Source: Deltaproteobacteria bacterium (lineage in GTDB: Bacteria; Myxococcota; JACRCW01). Taken from it: a stretch of DNA of 64,000 nt. Position numbers and translations under genes: made by a program. Shown piece after piece: positions 35,938 to 45,515 of this stretch. The notes beneath the pieces are model-generated. The model had not been told where the DNA came from, did no database searches, and saw nothing but the letters and a program-made list of their open reading frames with translations. Numbering within the stretch: the stretch's first letter is position 1; each line of letters starts with the position of its first letter. The stretch lies in contig JACRCW010000040.1 in assembly GCA_016218805.1 (NCBI GenBank), positions 1-64,000 of the forward strand, read 5' to 3'.

Positions 35938-37643
35938 GGCGCACGCTCCACCGCGCGGCGGACCGCGGCGAACGCCGCGTCATGGTCCGCGCGGACGCGG
36001 CTGGGATCCACCTGGACCTCCACGACGTGCACCCCGCCCTCCAGGCCTTCCTGCACCGCCCGCGTCAGCGCCGTGCCGGTGGCGGGACGGTGCAACCGCG
36101 CCCCCGCCAGCGCGGCGGCATGTGCCAGGTCCACGCCATGCGGCATCACAAAGAGTTCATTGAGGCGGGTGGTTGCCGACGCCACCGGGAGGAACTCAAA
36201 GATGCGGCCACCCGCGTTGTTCACCACCACGATGCACAGCGGAATGCGCAAGCGCGCCCCCCACGCGAGGCCCCCGACGTCATGGAGAAACGCCGTATCC
36301 CCGGTGAACAGCACGGTGCGCCGCCCGCTGCCGGCGGCCACACCGAACGCGGTCGACACGATCCCGTCAATCCCGCTCGCACCCCGGGAGGCGAACACGT
36401 CAACGGGATCGCTACGCCGGGAGACGAACGCGTCCAGGTCACGGATGGGCATGCTGCTGGAGACAAACAGCGCCGCACCGCCGGGCACCGACTCCATCAC
36501 GGTGCGCGCGAGCGAAGGCTCAGTGCACGGCGCGGCCGCGGGAAGCTCCGCCGACAACACTTCAGTTGCCACCGCGTCCAGCCGCATCCACCGTTCCCAC
36601 CACCCGCGCGTTCCGCCGCGGGCGAGCGTGCGCGCCAGCACATCCAGGACTGCGGTTGGCTCCGCTTCAACGGTGAACCGCGAAACCCGCGCCGGGTCAC
36701 AGACGCGTCCCGGATCCGCCAGCGTGATGACCGTGGCGCCCGCCAGGTCCACCCAGGACTGCAGGCACCGCGTGGTCACCGGCCCGCCGACGCGGACGAT
36801 GACGTCCGGGCGGAGTTCCTCTCCCAGCGACGGAACACGCAGCAGCGCCTCGTAGTGCGCGATCGACGAAGTTGCGTGCGGACCGAAACGCAGTCCCGAG
36901 GTCGCTTCGGCCAGGACGGGTGCGGCCAGCGCGGCGGCGAACGACTGCGCCGCGGCGGCAAACGCAGCATCCGGCCGGCGCGGGCCGGCAACGACGACGG
37001 GCCGGGAAGCCGCGGCGAGAATGTCCGTGAGGGATGCAAGGTCCGCGGGCTGCGCCGGCGCAGTGACGAAGTGGCGCGCAGACGCCGACGACCCGCGCGG
37101 CAGCGGCCCGGTCTCCGGCGCCAGCGGTTCCCGCAAGGGCACGTTCACGTGCAGCACGCGCCCCGCCGCCGTGGCGTGCGCCAGCGCACCGCTGATGCGA
37201 ACGCGCGCGTACGCCGCCTGCACGTCCGGCGGCGGCAGGTCCACGCAGTCCGCAAACGCACCGAACAGCGGCACCTGCGGGATGGTCTGCAGCGCGCCGC
37301 ACCCGTGCAGCTCGGGCGGGCGGTCCGCGGTGATGATGACCATCGGCACGTGCGACATCGCCGCTTCAATCACCGCCGGGTACGCGTTGGCACCCGCGGT
37401 ACCCGACGTGCAGATCATGGCCGCCGGCCGCCGGCTGGACAGCGCCAGGCCCAGCGCGAGGAACGCGCCGCTGCGCTCATCCACGACCGGGAACGTGCGC
37501 AGCCCGCCGTGTGCATCCGCGCACAGCGCCAGCGGTGCGGAACGCGCTCCTGGGCAAATGACGACGTCACGCACACCCCCGCCGGCCAGCGCGTCAAGCA
37601 CGGTGGCGGCCCACGCGTAGGTGACCTCAGCCGGGGACGGCAT
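35934..37643 (-). CDS. menD: SEPHCHC synthase (ThDP-dependent)
   Basis: CPGARSAPL, DERSGAFLALG, CTSGTA, TADRPPEL, SMPIRD, RGASGIDG, GDTAFLHD, NNAGGRIF. Confidence 0.95.
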   Translation of the reverse strand: MPSPAEVTYAWAATVLDALAGGGVRDVVICPGARSAPLALCADAHGGLRTFPVVDERSGAFLALGLALSSRRPAAMICTSGTAGANAYPAVIEAAMSHVPMVIITADRPPELHGCGALQTIPQVPLFGAFADCVDLPPPDVQAAYARVRISGALAHATAAGRVLHVNVPLREPLAPETGPLPRGSSASARHFVTAPAQPADLASLTDILAAASRPVVVAGPRRPDAAFAAAAQSFAAALAAPVLAEATSGLRFGPHATSSIAHYEALLRVPSLGEELRPDVIVRVGGPVTTRCLQSWVDLAGATVITLADPGRVCDPARVSRFTVEAEPTAVLDVLARTLARGGTRGWWERWMRLDAVATEVLSAELPAAAPCTEPSLARTVMESVPGGAALFVSSSMPIRDLDAFVSRRSDPVDVFASRGASGIDGIVSTAFGVAAGSGRRTVLFTGDTAFLHDVGGLAWGARLRIPLCIVVVNNAGGRIFEFLPVASATTRLNELFVMPHGVDLAHAAALAGARLHRPATGTALTRAVQEGLEGGVHVVEVQVDPSRVRADHDAAFAAVRRAVERAP

Positions 37644-38742
37644 GGGCGGCTCCTTCCAGCGCGCGCATTGCCGGCGCCGACTTGCGGGCGGTCTCCGCCC
37701 ACTCCGCCCCGGGTTCAGACGCGTCCATGATCCCCGCCCCCACAAACACCTGCGCCTCCGCGCCGCGCAGCAACACGCACCGCAGCGCCACGGCCAGGTC
37801 CACGTCACCGGGCGCCACGCGACCGATGGCGCCGGCGTACCAACCGCGGTCAATGGTCTCGTGCTGGCGGATGAACGCCAGCGCCGCCTCACGCGGAGCG
37901 CCGGCAACGGCGGGCGTGGGAAACAACGCGCGCAGCAGGTCTGCGACAGACGCATCAGGCGCCAGCGTTGCCGACAGCCGGGTGTGCAGGTGGCGGATGT
38001 ACCCCAGGTCCATCACGCGCGGCGCGCCGGGCCGGTGCACGCGCCGCGCAAACGCATCCAGGACCGCGGTGATGGCGTCTACGACGACGCGGTGTTCGTG
38101 GCGGTCCTTCACGGTGAACGCGCTCCCCTCCACCTGCGAGCCCGCCAGCGCATCCACCTCCACACGGTCACCACGGATGCGCAGCAGCGTTTCCGGCGTG
38201 GCGCCAACAAGCGCCGCGCCGTCCGTACCGCGCAGCAGGAACACGCGGCGGCCACCCACGTGCCGCAGGAACCCGTCAAACACCTCGTGGGCGTCCCACG
38301 CCGTTGCCGCGCGGCGCGCAATGGCGCGTGCCAGCACCACCTTCTCCATGCCACCCGAGCGGATGCATCCGCGCGCCCGCGTCACCGCATCCAGCCAGGC
38401 GGGATCCGGTTGCTCGTCCGGTGCGCCGCCCACCGCCCGCGGTCCCCCGGCAACGGGCAGCGCGCCCTGCCACGCCCGGGACGGCCGCACGAACCGCACC
38501 GCCGGAAAACCGGCCCACAGCGGCGTCCACCGCGCCCCGGGAAACGCGATCCCCCCGAGCCACGTCCCGCCGCCGCGCCGGCCCGCGTGGATATCCGCCA
38601 CCAGCTCCGGGCCATCCGCCGGCGACCCCGAGTTCACCTCCGCGCCGACGCCACGCCCCGTCCAGGCCGAGCCCGCGTCCCGGTCCACCCACGCGACGTC
38701 CCACGTGCGGCTTGCTAGGGTCTGCGCGGCGGCGGGTTCCAT
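37627..38742 (-). CDS. menF: Isochorismate synthase
   Basis: KVVLAR, GATPETL, ALAGS, KDRHEH, PTPAVAG, RGWYAG, AVALR, GAGI, EWAET. Confidence 0.9.
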   Translation of the reverse strand: MEPAAAQTLASRTWDVAWVDRDAGSAWTGRGVGAEVNSGSPADGPELVADIHAGRRGGGTWLGGIAFPGARWTPLWAGFPAVRFVRPSRAWQGALPVAGGPRAVGGAPDEQPDPAWLDAVTRARGCIRSGGMEKVVLARAIARRAATAWDAHEVFDGFLRHVGGRRVFLLRGTDGAALVGATPETLLRIRGDRVEVDALAGSQVEGSAFTVKDRHEHRVVVDAITAVLDAFARRVHRPGAPRVMDLGYIRHLHTRLSATLAPDASVADLLRALFPTPAVAGAPREAALAFIRQHETIDRGWYAGAIGRVAPGDVDLAVALRCVLLRGAEAQVFVGAGIMDASEPGAEWAETARKSAPAMRALEGAAHAVPG

Positions 38743-38802
38743 GGCAGCCGCAATATGTGCGGTTGACAGATATTTTTCAAGTATGAGAAAGATTTAAACA
38801 CG
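38743..38802. promoter_or_regulatory. AT-rich divergent promoter region between the men and aro operons
   Basis: A 60-bp AT-rich gap in a GC-rich background. TTGACA at 38763-38768 (no clear -10 at canonical spacing) and an imperfect palindrome TTTTTCA-AGTA-TGAGAAA at 38773-38790. Confidence 0.55.
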
Positions 38803-39723
38803 ATGACACGACCTCCTTCTTCCAAGAACCCGATGTCGGCCATTCCGCTGTGTGGTGATGGTGGCCCGGTGCTGGCGCTGGCCGGGACGGGCACGCAACG
38901 TGCGGTGGTGAGTGTGGGGACGGTGGCCGTGGGCGGAACGGGGTTCACCGTCGTGGCGGGACCGTGCGCCGTGGAGAACGCGGAGCAACTGTCGCTGTCG
39001 GCGGCATCCGTGCGGGCGTCCGGGGCCCACGTCCTGCGCGGCGGCGCGTTCAAGCCGCGGACCAGCCCGTACGCGTTCCAGGGGCTGGGACGGGACGGCC
39101 TGGCGCTGCTGCAGGACGCGGGGCGGCGGCACGGGATGCCGGTGGTGGCGGAGGTGGTGGACGCGGCGCAGGTGGCGGAGATGGCGGAACGCGTGGACCT
39201 GCTGCAGGTGGGTGCGCGCAACATGCAGAACTTCACGCTGCTCAAGGAGCTGGGGCAGGCGCGGCGGCCGGTGCTGCTCAAGCGCGGCCTGTCCGCCACG
39301 GTGCGCGAATGGCTGCTGGCGGCGGAATACGTGCTGGCCGGGGGCAATGAGCGCGTGATCCTGTGTGAGCGCGGCATCCGCACATTTGAAACAGGTACGC
39401 GCTTCACGCTGGATCTGTCGTCGGTGGCGCTGGTGAAACAGCAGTGTCACCTGCCGGTGATTGTGGACCCCAGCCACGCCACCGGCATGCGCGAGCTGGT
39501 CACGCCCATGGCGCTGGCGGCGGCGGCTGCAGGGGCGGACGGAATCATGGTGGAGGTGCACCACGATCCGGCACACGCGTTGTGCGACGGGCCGCAGGCG
39601 CTCACCCCCGCGATGTTTGAGGAACTCATGGTGCGCCTTGCCCCGGTGGTCTCCGCCGTGGGACGCACGCTGGCCGCCGGCCGGCCGGCGCGTGACGCCG
39701 TCGGGGTGACGGAGGACGCATGA
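38803..39723 (+). CDS. aroF: DAHP synthase, type I-beta
   Basis: AGPCAVE, LRGGAFKPRTSPYAFQG, GARNMQN, LLKRG, LCERGIRTF, DPSH, EVH, CDG. Confidence 0.93.
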   Translation: MTRPPSSKNPMSAIPLCGDGGPVLALAGTGTQRAVVSVGTVAVGGTGFTVVAGPCAVENAEQLSLSAASVRASGAHVLRGGAFKPRTSPYAFQGLGRDGLALLQDAGRRHGMPVVAEVVDAAQVAEMAERVDLLQVGARNMQNFTLLKELGQARRPVLLKRGLSATVREWLLAAEYVLAGGNERVILCERGIRTFETGTRFTLDLSSVALVKQQCHLPVIVDPSHATGMRELVTPMALAAAAAGADGIMVEVHHDPAHALCDGPQALTPAMFEELMVRLAPVVSAVGRTLAAGRPARDAVGVTEDA

Positions 39724-40409
39724 GCGCGCAGGTGCAGGGGATGTTTGCGGCCATTGCGCACCGTTACGACGTGGCGAACAGCGTGCTTTCCCTGGGCATC
39801 CACCACGGCTGGCGGCGGGTGGCCGTGGCCGCCTCCGGCGCAGCGGTTGGGCACAGCGTGCTGGATTGCGCCACGGGCACGGGGGACCTGGCGCTGGCCT
39901 TCAAGCGCGCCGTGGGACACTCCGGGCACGTGGTGGGCACGGACTTCTGCGCGCAGATGCTGGCGCACGCGCCGCGCAAGGCGGAGCGCGCCGGGCTTCA
40001 GGTGGAGTTCTCCGTCGCCGACGCCATGAACCTGCCCTACGCGCCCGGGCGGTTTGACGTCGCCTCCATCGCGTTTGGGATCCGCAACGTGACCGACCCG
40101 GTGCGCTGCCTGCGCGAGATGGCGCGCGTAGTGAAGCCCGGCGGCCGCGTCGTTGTGCTGGAGTTTGGCCAGCCGGGCGGCGCGTTTGGCGCGCTGTACC
40201 GCTTCTACAGCCGGCACGTGCTGCCGTGGGTGGGCGGCCTGCTCAGCGGCAACCGTGATGCGTACCGCTACCTGGACCGCACGGCGGCGGCCTTCCCCGC
40301 GGGTGACCGCTTCCTCGCGCTCATGCACGACGCCGCGGTGTTCTCGCAGGTTGAGGACCGGCCGCTGACGTTCGGAACCGCCCATGTCTACGTGGGCCGC
40401 GTCGCCTGA
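39720..40409 (+). CDS. menG: Demethylmenaquinone methyltransferase (MenG/UbiE)
   Basis: MFAAIAHRYDVAN, LDCATGTGD, AFGIRNV, EMARVVKPGG, AYRYL. Confidence 0.93.
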   Translation: MSAQVQGMFAAIAHRYDVANSVLSLGIHHGWRRVAVAASGAAVGHSVLDCATGTGDLALAFKRAVGHSGHVVGTDFCAQMLAHAPRKAERAGLQVEFSVADAMNLPYAPGRFDVASIAFGIRNVTDPVRCLREMARVVKPGGRVVVLEFGQPGGAFGALYRFYSRHVLPWVGGLLSGNRDAYRYLDRTAAAFPAGDRFLALMHDAAVFSQVEDRPLTFGTAHVYVGRVA

Positions 40410-40971
40410 CCTCCGCGCCATTGCGGACGCGCTGGATCCGCGCCTGCGGACCGCGTTTCTTGACGACGTCCAACGCGCGCACCGGGCCCCCGCGCCGGTG
40501 CTGGCAGACCGCGTGGTGCTGGTGGGCCACCGCGCCGCCGGCAAGACGCGGCTGCTGCCGGTGCTGGCCCGCCTGGCCGGGCGCGACGGTGTGGACCTGG
40601 ACGCGCGCGTGGAGCAGGACACCGGGCGCACCGTGCGGGCGCTGTTCCGTGAGGGAGAGCCGGTGTTCCGCGCACATGAGGCCCGCGTCTTCCGCGCCAT
40701 CACGGATCCTGTCGTCGTCGCCGCGGGTGGCGGTTTTTTTTTCCACCACGCGGCGCTGCTCAGCTCCTGCACGGCGGTGCTCGTTCCCGTGACGTTTGAG
40801 ACGTACCGTGAGCGGTTGCTCTCCGACGCGGAGCGCCCGCGCCTGCGCCCGCAGCTGACGCTGGAGGAGGAAGTCCGGGCCGTCCATGCGGAGCGCGAAG
40901 CGGTCTTCGCGCGCGCCACCACCGTCCCGCTCGCATCGTGGGTGGCTTCCCTGCTGAGGGAAACTCTGTGA
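40384..40971 (+). CDS. aroK: Shikimate kinase
   Basis: Walker A GHRAAGKT, VDLD, GEPVFR, AAGGG, RPRL. Confidence 0.85.
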   Translation: MSTWAASPDLRAIADALDPRLRTAFLDDVQRAHRAPAPVLADRVVLVGHRAAGKTRLLPVLARLAGRDGVDLDARVEQDTGRTVRALFREGEPVFRAHEARVFRAITDPVVVAAGGGFFFHHAALLSSCTAVLVPVTFETYRERLLSDAERPRLRPQLTLEEEVRAVHAEREAVFARATTVPLASWVASLLRETL

Positions 40972-42182
40972 ACCGTCCCCGTCTCGTCGTGACGCTCCCC
41001 GCCGGCATCGCGGGCCGGGATGCGCGCGCGTTCGCGGCGCGCGCACGGGCGCTGGGGGCGGACCTGCTGGAACTCCGCGACGATCTGGTGGACCCCGCCG
41101 CGCTCGACGGGAACGTGCTGGCGAGCGAACTGCCATTGCTGCTGGCGGCGCGCGGTGGGTTGGGCTTTCCTGCGTCGTGGCCTGCCGCGCTGCGGGACCA
41201 TCCACTGGGCGGCCATGCTGGCGCGTCCGTGGTGTCGCTCCACTCGGCCGCGCCGCTGGCACCGGACCAGGCGCTGGCCACCTGGAACGCCGCGGCGCTG
41301 GGACCGGAGGTGCTCATCAAACACGTGGAGCCGCTGGGGGACGACCCGACGACGTGGATGCGGCTGCTTACCACCCAGCAGCGGCTGCGCGGGCGTTTCG
41401 GGGACCGCGTCACCGTCCTGGCCACCGGCGCGTGGGCCCTCCCGTTCCGGGCGCTCCTCGCCGCGCACAACGCGTTGGAGTTCGTCGCGGTTGCGGCGGA
41501 GACCGCATCCGCCGCCGGCCAGCGCCTGCTGGAGGACGCGGCCCGGTCCGGTCATAGCGATGCCCCGCGCCGCGCCCTGATCGGGAGCCACATTGCGCAT
41601 GCGCGCTCACCGCGCGTGCACGAACAACCGTTTGACCGCTGGGACGTCCCGCAGGATGCGCCCGTGGGTGCGCTGATCGATGCGGTGCGCGCGCACTACG
41701 TGGGCTTCGCGGTCACCGCACCGTTCAAGCGGGTGCTTGCGGCACACGTTGGTTCGTCGCTGCCCGCCGTGAACACGCTGGTGCGCAGTGCAACGGGGTG
41801 GGACGCATTCAACACGGACGTTGACGGTGCGCGCGCTGCATTGGACCGCGCGCGCATGACGGAACTGACCGTGCTGGGTGACGGTGGCGCCGCGGCGCCG
41901 CTGCGGCTGGGTGCGCGCGGTGCGGTAAGGGTCCTGCGGGCGGCGGATGCAGGCGGCCGGCACGTCGGCGGCGACGTGGCGTGGACCTGGCCGGCACACG
42001 TGGAACCCCCGGCGGGGCTTTCGCTCGCGGGTGCGCGCGTGCTGGTGATCGCCTATGGACCGCCGGCGCGGGTCGTCGCGTCGCGCATCCGCGCACTGGG
42101 CGGCGAGCCGGTGCTCGCTGGCGCAACGTGGTTCGTGGCCCAGGCGCGGGTGCAACGCGAGCTGTGGAGGAGGGCGACATGA
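40968..42182 (+). CDS. aroE: Fused type I 3-dehydroquinate dehydratase / shikimate dehydrogenase
   Basis: N-terminal ADLLELRDD, VVSLH, LIKH, ASAAGQ (AroD-like); C-terminal GFAVTAPFK, AVNTL, NTDVDG, VLGDGGAA, VAQA (AroE). Confidence 0.8.
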   Translation: MNRPRLVVTLPAGIAGRDARAFAARARALGADLLELRDDLVDPAALDGNVLASELPLLLAARGGLGFPASWPAALRDHPLGGHAGASVVSLHSAAPLAPDQALATWNAAALGPEVLIKHVEPLGDDPTTWMRLLTTQQRLRGRFGDRVTVLATGAWALPFRALLAAHNALEFVAVAAETASAAGQRLLEDAARSGHSDAPRRALIGSHIAHARSPRVHEQPFDRWDVPQDAPVGALIDAVRAHYVGFAVTAPFKRVLAAHVGSSLPAVNTLVRSATGWDAFNTDVDGARAALDRARMTELTVLGDGGAAAPLRLGARGAVRVLRAADAGGRHVGGDVAWTWPAHVEPPAGLSLAGARVLVIAYGPPARVVASRIRALGGEPVLAGATWFVAQARVQRELWRRAT

Positions 42183-43195
42183 ACACGCACGGGCGGATCT
42201 TCCGCGTGACCACGTTTGGCGAAAGCCACGGGCCGGCGGTGGGCGCGGTGGTGGACGGCTGCCCCGCCGGGGTGGCGTTGGACGCCGCGCGCATCCAGGC
42301 GGCGCTGGATCGCCGTCGGCCGGGCCAGTCAGCGTTGACGTCAGCCCGCGCCGAAGCGGACCGCGTGGAGATCCTGTCCGGCGTATTTGAGGAGCGCACG
42401 CTGGGCACGCCGATTGCGCTGCTGGTCCGGAACACGGATGCGCGGCCGCAGGACTACGACGCGCTGCGCACCGCGGACCGCCGCGGACACGCGGACGCGG
42501 CGTGGCGCACGCGGTTCAAGCACCGTGATCACCGCGGCGGCGGACGCAGCTCCGCGCGTGAGACGGTGGGTCGCGTGTTGGGGGGCGCCGTCGCGGAAGC
42601 GCTGCTGGCGCGCGAGTTGCCCGCCGCCCGCATCGTCGCGTGGGTTTCCGTCGTCGGAGCGTTGGAAGCGGCGGCCCCGGCGGACGTCACGCGGGACCTG
42701 GTGGACGCGCACCCAACGCGCTGCCCGGACCCGGCCACCCGCGAGGAAATGGCAGCGGCGATCGAGCGCGCGCGGGACGGTGGTGACTCGCTGGGTGGTG
42801 CGGTGGACCTGCGCGTGACCGGCCTTCCCGTCGGGCTGGGCGAGCCCGTGTTTGACAAGCTGAGAGCGACCCTGGGCGCGGCGATGATGTCCATTCCGGC
42901 GGTGGCCGGGACATGGGTGGGCCCGTCTGACCTGGGCGCGCGCCTGCGCCAACCGGGAAGCGTCTTCCACGCGGATGAGCGCGCGTGGGGCGGCATCCAG
43001 GGCGGGATGTCCAACGGCGCGGCGCTGGAGCTGCGCGTGCTGTTCAAGCCGCCCGCAACGCTGGGAGCCACCGCGCGCGCCGGCCGTCATGACCCGTGCG
43101 TGCTCCCGCGCGCGGTCCCCATTGTCGAAGCGATGGCGGCGCTGGTGCTGGCCGACGCGTGGCTCCACGTCTGCGCACTGCCCCACCGGTCATGA
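42179..43195 (+). CDS. aroC: Chorismate synthase
   Basis: TTFGESHG, RRRPGQS, RGGGRSSARET, GGIQGGMSNG, RHDPCVLPRAVPIVEAM. Confidence 0.96.
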   Translation: MNTHGRIFRVTTFGESHGPAVGAVVDGCPAGVALDAARIQAALDRRRPGQSALTSARAEADRVEILSGVFEERTLGTPIALLVRNTDARPQDYDALRTADRRGHADAAWRTRFKHRDHRGGGRSSARETVGRVLGGAVAEALLARELPAARIVAWVSVVGALEAAAPADVTRDLVDAHPTRCPDPATREEMAAAIERARDGGDSLGGAVDLRVTGLPVGLGEPVFDKLRATLGAAMMSIPAVAGTWVGPSDLGARLRQPGSVFHADERAWGGIQGGMSNGAALELRVLFKPPATLGATARAGRHDPCVLPRAVPIVEAMAALVLADAWLHVCALPHRS

Positions 43196-44271
43196 CGCGC
43201 GCCGCACTCGCCGCACCGGGCTCCTGGCGTCCCACGTTGGACCGGTGGGGGACGTTCCACGCGTGCGCCGCGGCCCTTCCGCGCGGCGCGCTGTGCCTGG
43301 TGGACGAGCGCGTGGCCACGCTGCACCCGCCCGTGGTGCCGGCGCTGACGCGCCGCGCGTCCAACGCGGTCCTGCTGCTGCGGGCCGGGGAGCGCGCGAA
43401 GTCGCTGGCCGCGCTCGGGCGCGTGTCGGAACGCGCGGCACGGCAGTCGCGGAACGCGCCGCTCGTCGTGGTGGGCGGCGGTACGCTGGGCGACCTGGGC
43501 ACAGTGGTGGCGCACCTGGCCCGCCGGGGCGTGCCGCTGGTTCTGGTCCCCACCACGCTGCTGGCCGCCGTGGACTCCAGCGTGGGAGGCAAGGGCGCGC
43601 TGCACGCCACGTCGGGCGGACGCCTGGTGAAGAACGCCTGGGGATGCTTCCACTACGCGGACGCCGCGTGGCTGTGCCCGGAGCTGTGGACCACGCTGGA
43701 CGCGCGGCACCTGCGCCAGGGCGCGGTGGAAGCCGTGAAGATGGCCGCGTGTCTGGACGCCGGTGCGTTTGCCCGCTGGGCCCTGGCGGTTCCCGCGCTG
43801 GAACAGATGGTGCGTGACGCGCGCGCGTTGAAGGCGCGCGTGTGTCACAGCGACCCGTACGAGATCACCGGCGCGCGGCGCGTGCTGAACTTCGGGCACA
43901 CCTTTGGGCACGCGCTGGAGTCGCTCACCGGGTTCCGCTTGGCGCACGGGGACGCGGTGGCGGTGGGCATGCTGTGTGCGCTGGATGTGGGACGTGCGGC
44001 GGGTGTGACGGGGGAACGGCTTGCTGCGGAGTTGGAGCGCATCCTGCGCGAGCACCTCCGCGCACCAGGCCGCCGCCGTCTCACCGGGATCCTGCGGCGC
44101 TGCAGCGACGACGATGTGGCGGCACTGCTGGCGTCCGACAAGAAGGGCGCCGATGCAGGCGGGTTGAACATGGTGCTGCTGGAGCGCGCGGGACGCGCCG
44201 GGACGCACCGCATTGCCGCCCGCGCATGGCGGCGCCTGGCACGTGCGTGGCGCGAAGGCGTGACACCGTGA
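43192..44271 (+). CDS. aroB: 3-dehydroquinate synthase
   Basis: GERAKS, GGGTLGD, PTTLLAAVDSSVGGK, EAVK, DPYE, LNFGHTFGHALE, HGDAV, SDKK. Confidence 0.93.
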   Translation: MTRAALAAPGSWRPTLDRWGTFHACAAALPRGALCLVDERVATLHPPVVPALTRRASNAVLLLRAGERAKSLAALGRVSERAARQSRNAPLVVVGGGTLGDLGTVVAHLARRGVPLVLVPTTLLAAVDSSVGGKGALHATSGGRLVKNAWGCFHYADAAWLCPELWTTLDARHLRQGAVEAVKMAACLDAGAFARWALAVPALEQMVRDARALKARVCHSDPYEITGARRVLNFGHTFGHALESLTGFRLAHGDAVAVGMLCALDVGRAAGVTGERLAAELERILREHLRAPGRRRLTGILRRCSDDDVAALLASDKKGADAGGLNMVLLERAGRAGTHRIAARAWRRLARAWREGVTP

Positions 44272-45509
44272 CGCGGCTCCTTGTCGACGCGACGGCGTTG
44301 CACGCGGCGGACCTGCACCCGCCGGTCTCCAAGTCGGACGCGCACCGTGCGCTGATCCTGGCGTCCATCACGGGGGCGCCGCCGCCGGACCTGGGGCCGC
44401 AGGACGCGCTGCCGGACGACGTGCGCGTGCTGGCCCGCGGGCTGGAGACGCTGCAGGCGGGCTCCGCCGATACCGTGGTGGATTGCGCGGATGGGGGCGC
44501 ACCGTTCCGTTTCCTGCTCGCCCTGGCGGCAACGCACGCGGGCCGCACCACCACGTTCACCGGCAGCGCCCGCCTGGCCCAGCGCCCACACGGTGCACTG
44601 CGGGACGCGCTGGAACGCGCGTTGGGAGCCCGCCTGGAGGACTCCGCCGGCTGGCCCCTGCGCGTGACCGGGGGGCCGCCGCGCGCCCGCCTGTTCAACG
44701 TTGATGCGGAGGCCAGCAGCCAGTTCGCCAGTGCCATGCTGCTGGCCGCGTGCCGCCTGGTCGTCGTGAACGGGCCACCGTACGCGGTGCGCGTGACGCA
44801 TGGGTCAACCAGCCGTGGTTACCTGGAGATGACGCTGCAGTGGGCCCGGCGCGCCGGGTTCGTGGTGGTGGTGGAAGGTGATGTGCTGTCCGTGACCGGT
44901 TGGGCACCGTCGGCGGTGCCGCCGGCCGTGCCCCCGGACTGGTCCGCCATGGGCTACCTGCTGCTGGTGTCCTGGGCGTGCGGCGGCCAGGTGATCGCAC
45001 CGGGTGCAGCGTCCTGTGAACACCCGGACCGGGCCATCCTGCGCCATGTTGCCGCGCTGGGCCTTGACGTGGAGGTCACGGGTGATGTCCAGCGTGTGAG
45101 CGGCCACGCGCGTGGTGGGCTGCATGCGTCCGCCGCCGGCGCGCCGGACCTGGTGCCCACGCTGGTGGCGCTGGCCTGCACGCTGGAGGCGGCGTCCACC
45201 TTCACAGACCTGGATGTGTTGCGGCACAAGGAGAGTGATCGTTTGTCCGGCGTCGTGGCGCTTGCCCGCGCAGCCGGGGCGCGCACGGACCTGGAGGGCG
45301 ACCGCCTGGTGGTGGTTCCCGGAGCTACGCCTGCCGGCGCGCCGGTGGTGCACTGCGGGAATGACCACCGGATGATCATGGCCGCCACCGCGCTGGCCTG
45401 CCTGCGCCGCTGCACCGTGCAGCTGGACAACGCGTTTGGTCTGGCCAAGAGCTTCCCGCGCTTCTTCAGCGAATTGGGTGGTGCCGGGGTCCGCGTGCAG
45501 GCGGCCTGA
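44268..45509 (+). CDS. aroA: EPSP synthase
   Basis: SKSDAHRAL, RLAQRP, SSQFAS, PDWS, PDL, LRHKESDRL, DHRM, KSFPRF. Confidence 0.92.
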   Translation: MTRLLVDATALHAADLHPPVSKSDAHRALILASITGAPPPDLGPQDALPDDVRVLARGLETLQAGSADTVVDCADGGAPFRFLLALAATHAGRTTTFTGSARLAQRPHGALRDALERALGARLEDSAGWPLRVTGGPPRARLFNVDAEASSQFASAMLLAACRLVVVNGPPYAVRVTHGSTSRGYLEMTLQWARRAGFVVVVEGDVLSVTGWAPSAVPPAVPPDWSAMGYLLLVSWACGGQVIAPGAASCEHPDRAILRHVAALGLDVEVTGDVQRVSGHARGGLHASAAGAPDLVPTLVALACTLEAASTFTDLDVLRHKESDRLSGVVALARAAGARTDLEGDRLVVVPGATPAGAPVVHCGNDHRMIMAATALACLRRCTVQLDNAFGLAKSFPRFFSELGGAGVRVQAA

Positions 45510-45515
45510 GGCCCC

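Noticed and set aside
39447..41600. Long antisense ORFs (e.g. 39447-41600, 47094-49127, 8470-10347, 60162-61883)
   Set aside because: They lie opposite well-supported genes and are Arg/Ala/Gly/Pro-rich with no motifs, as expected from stop-codon scarcity at high GC.
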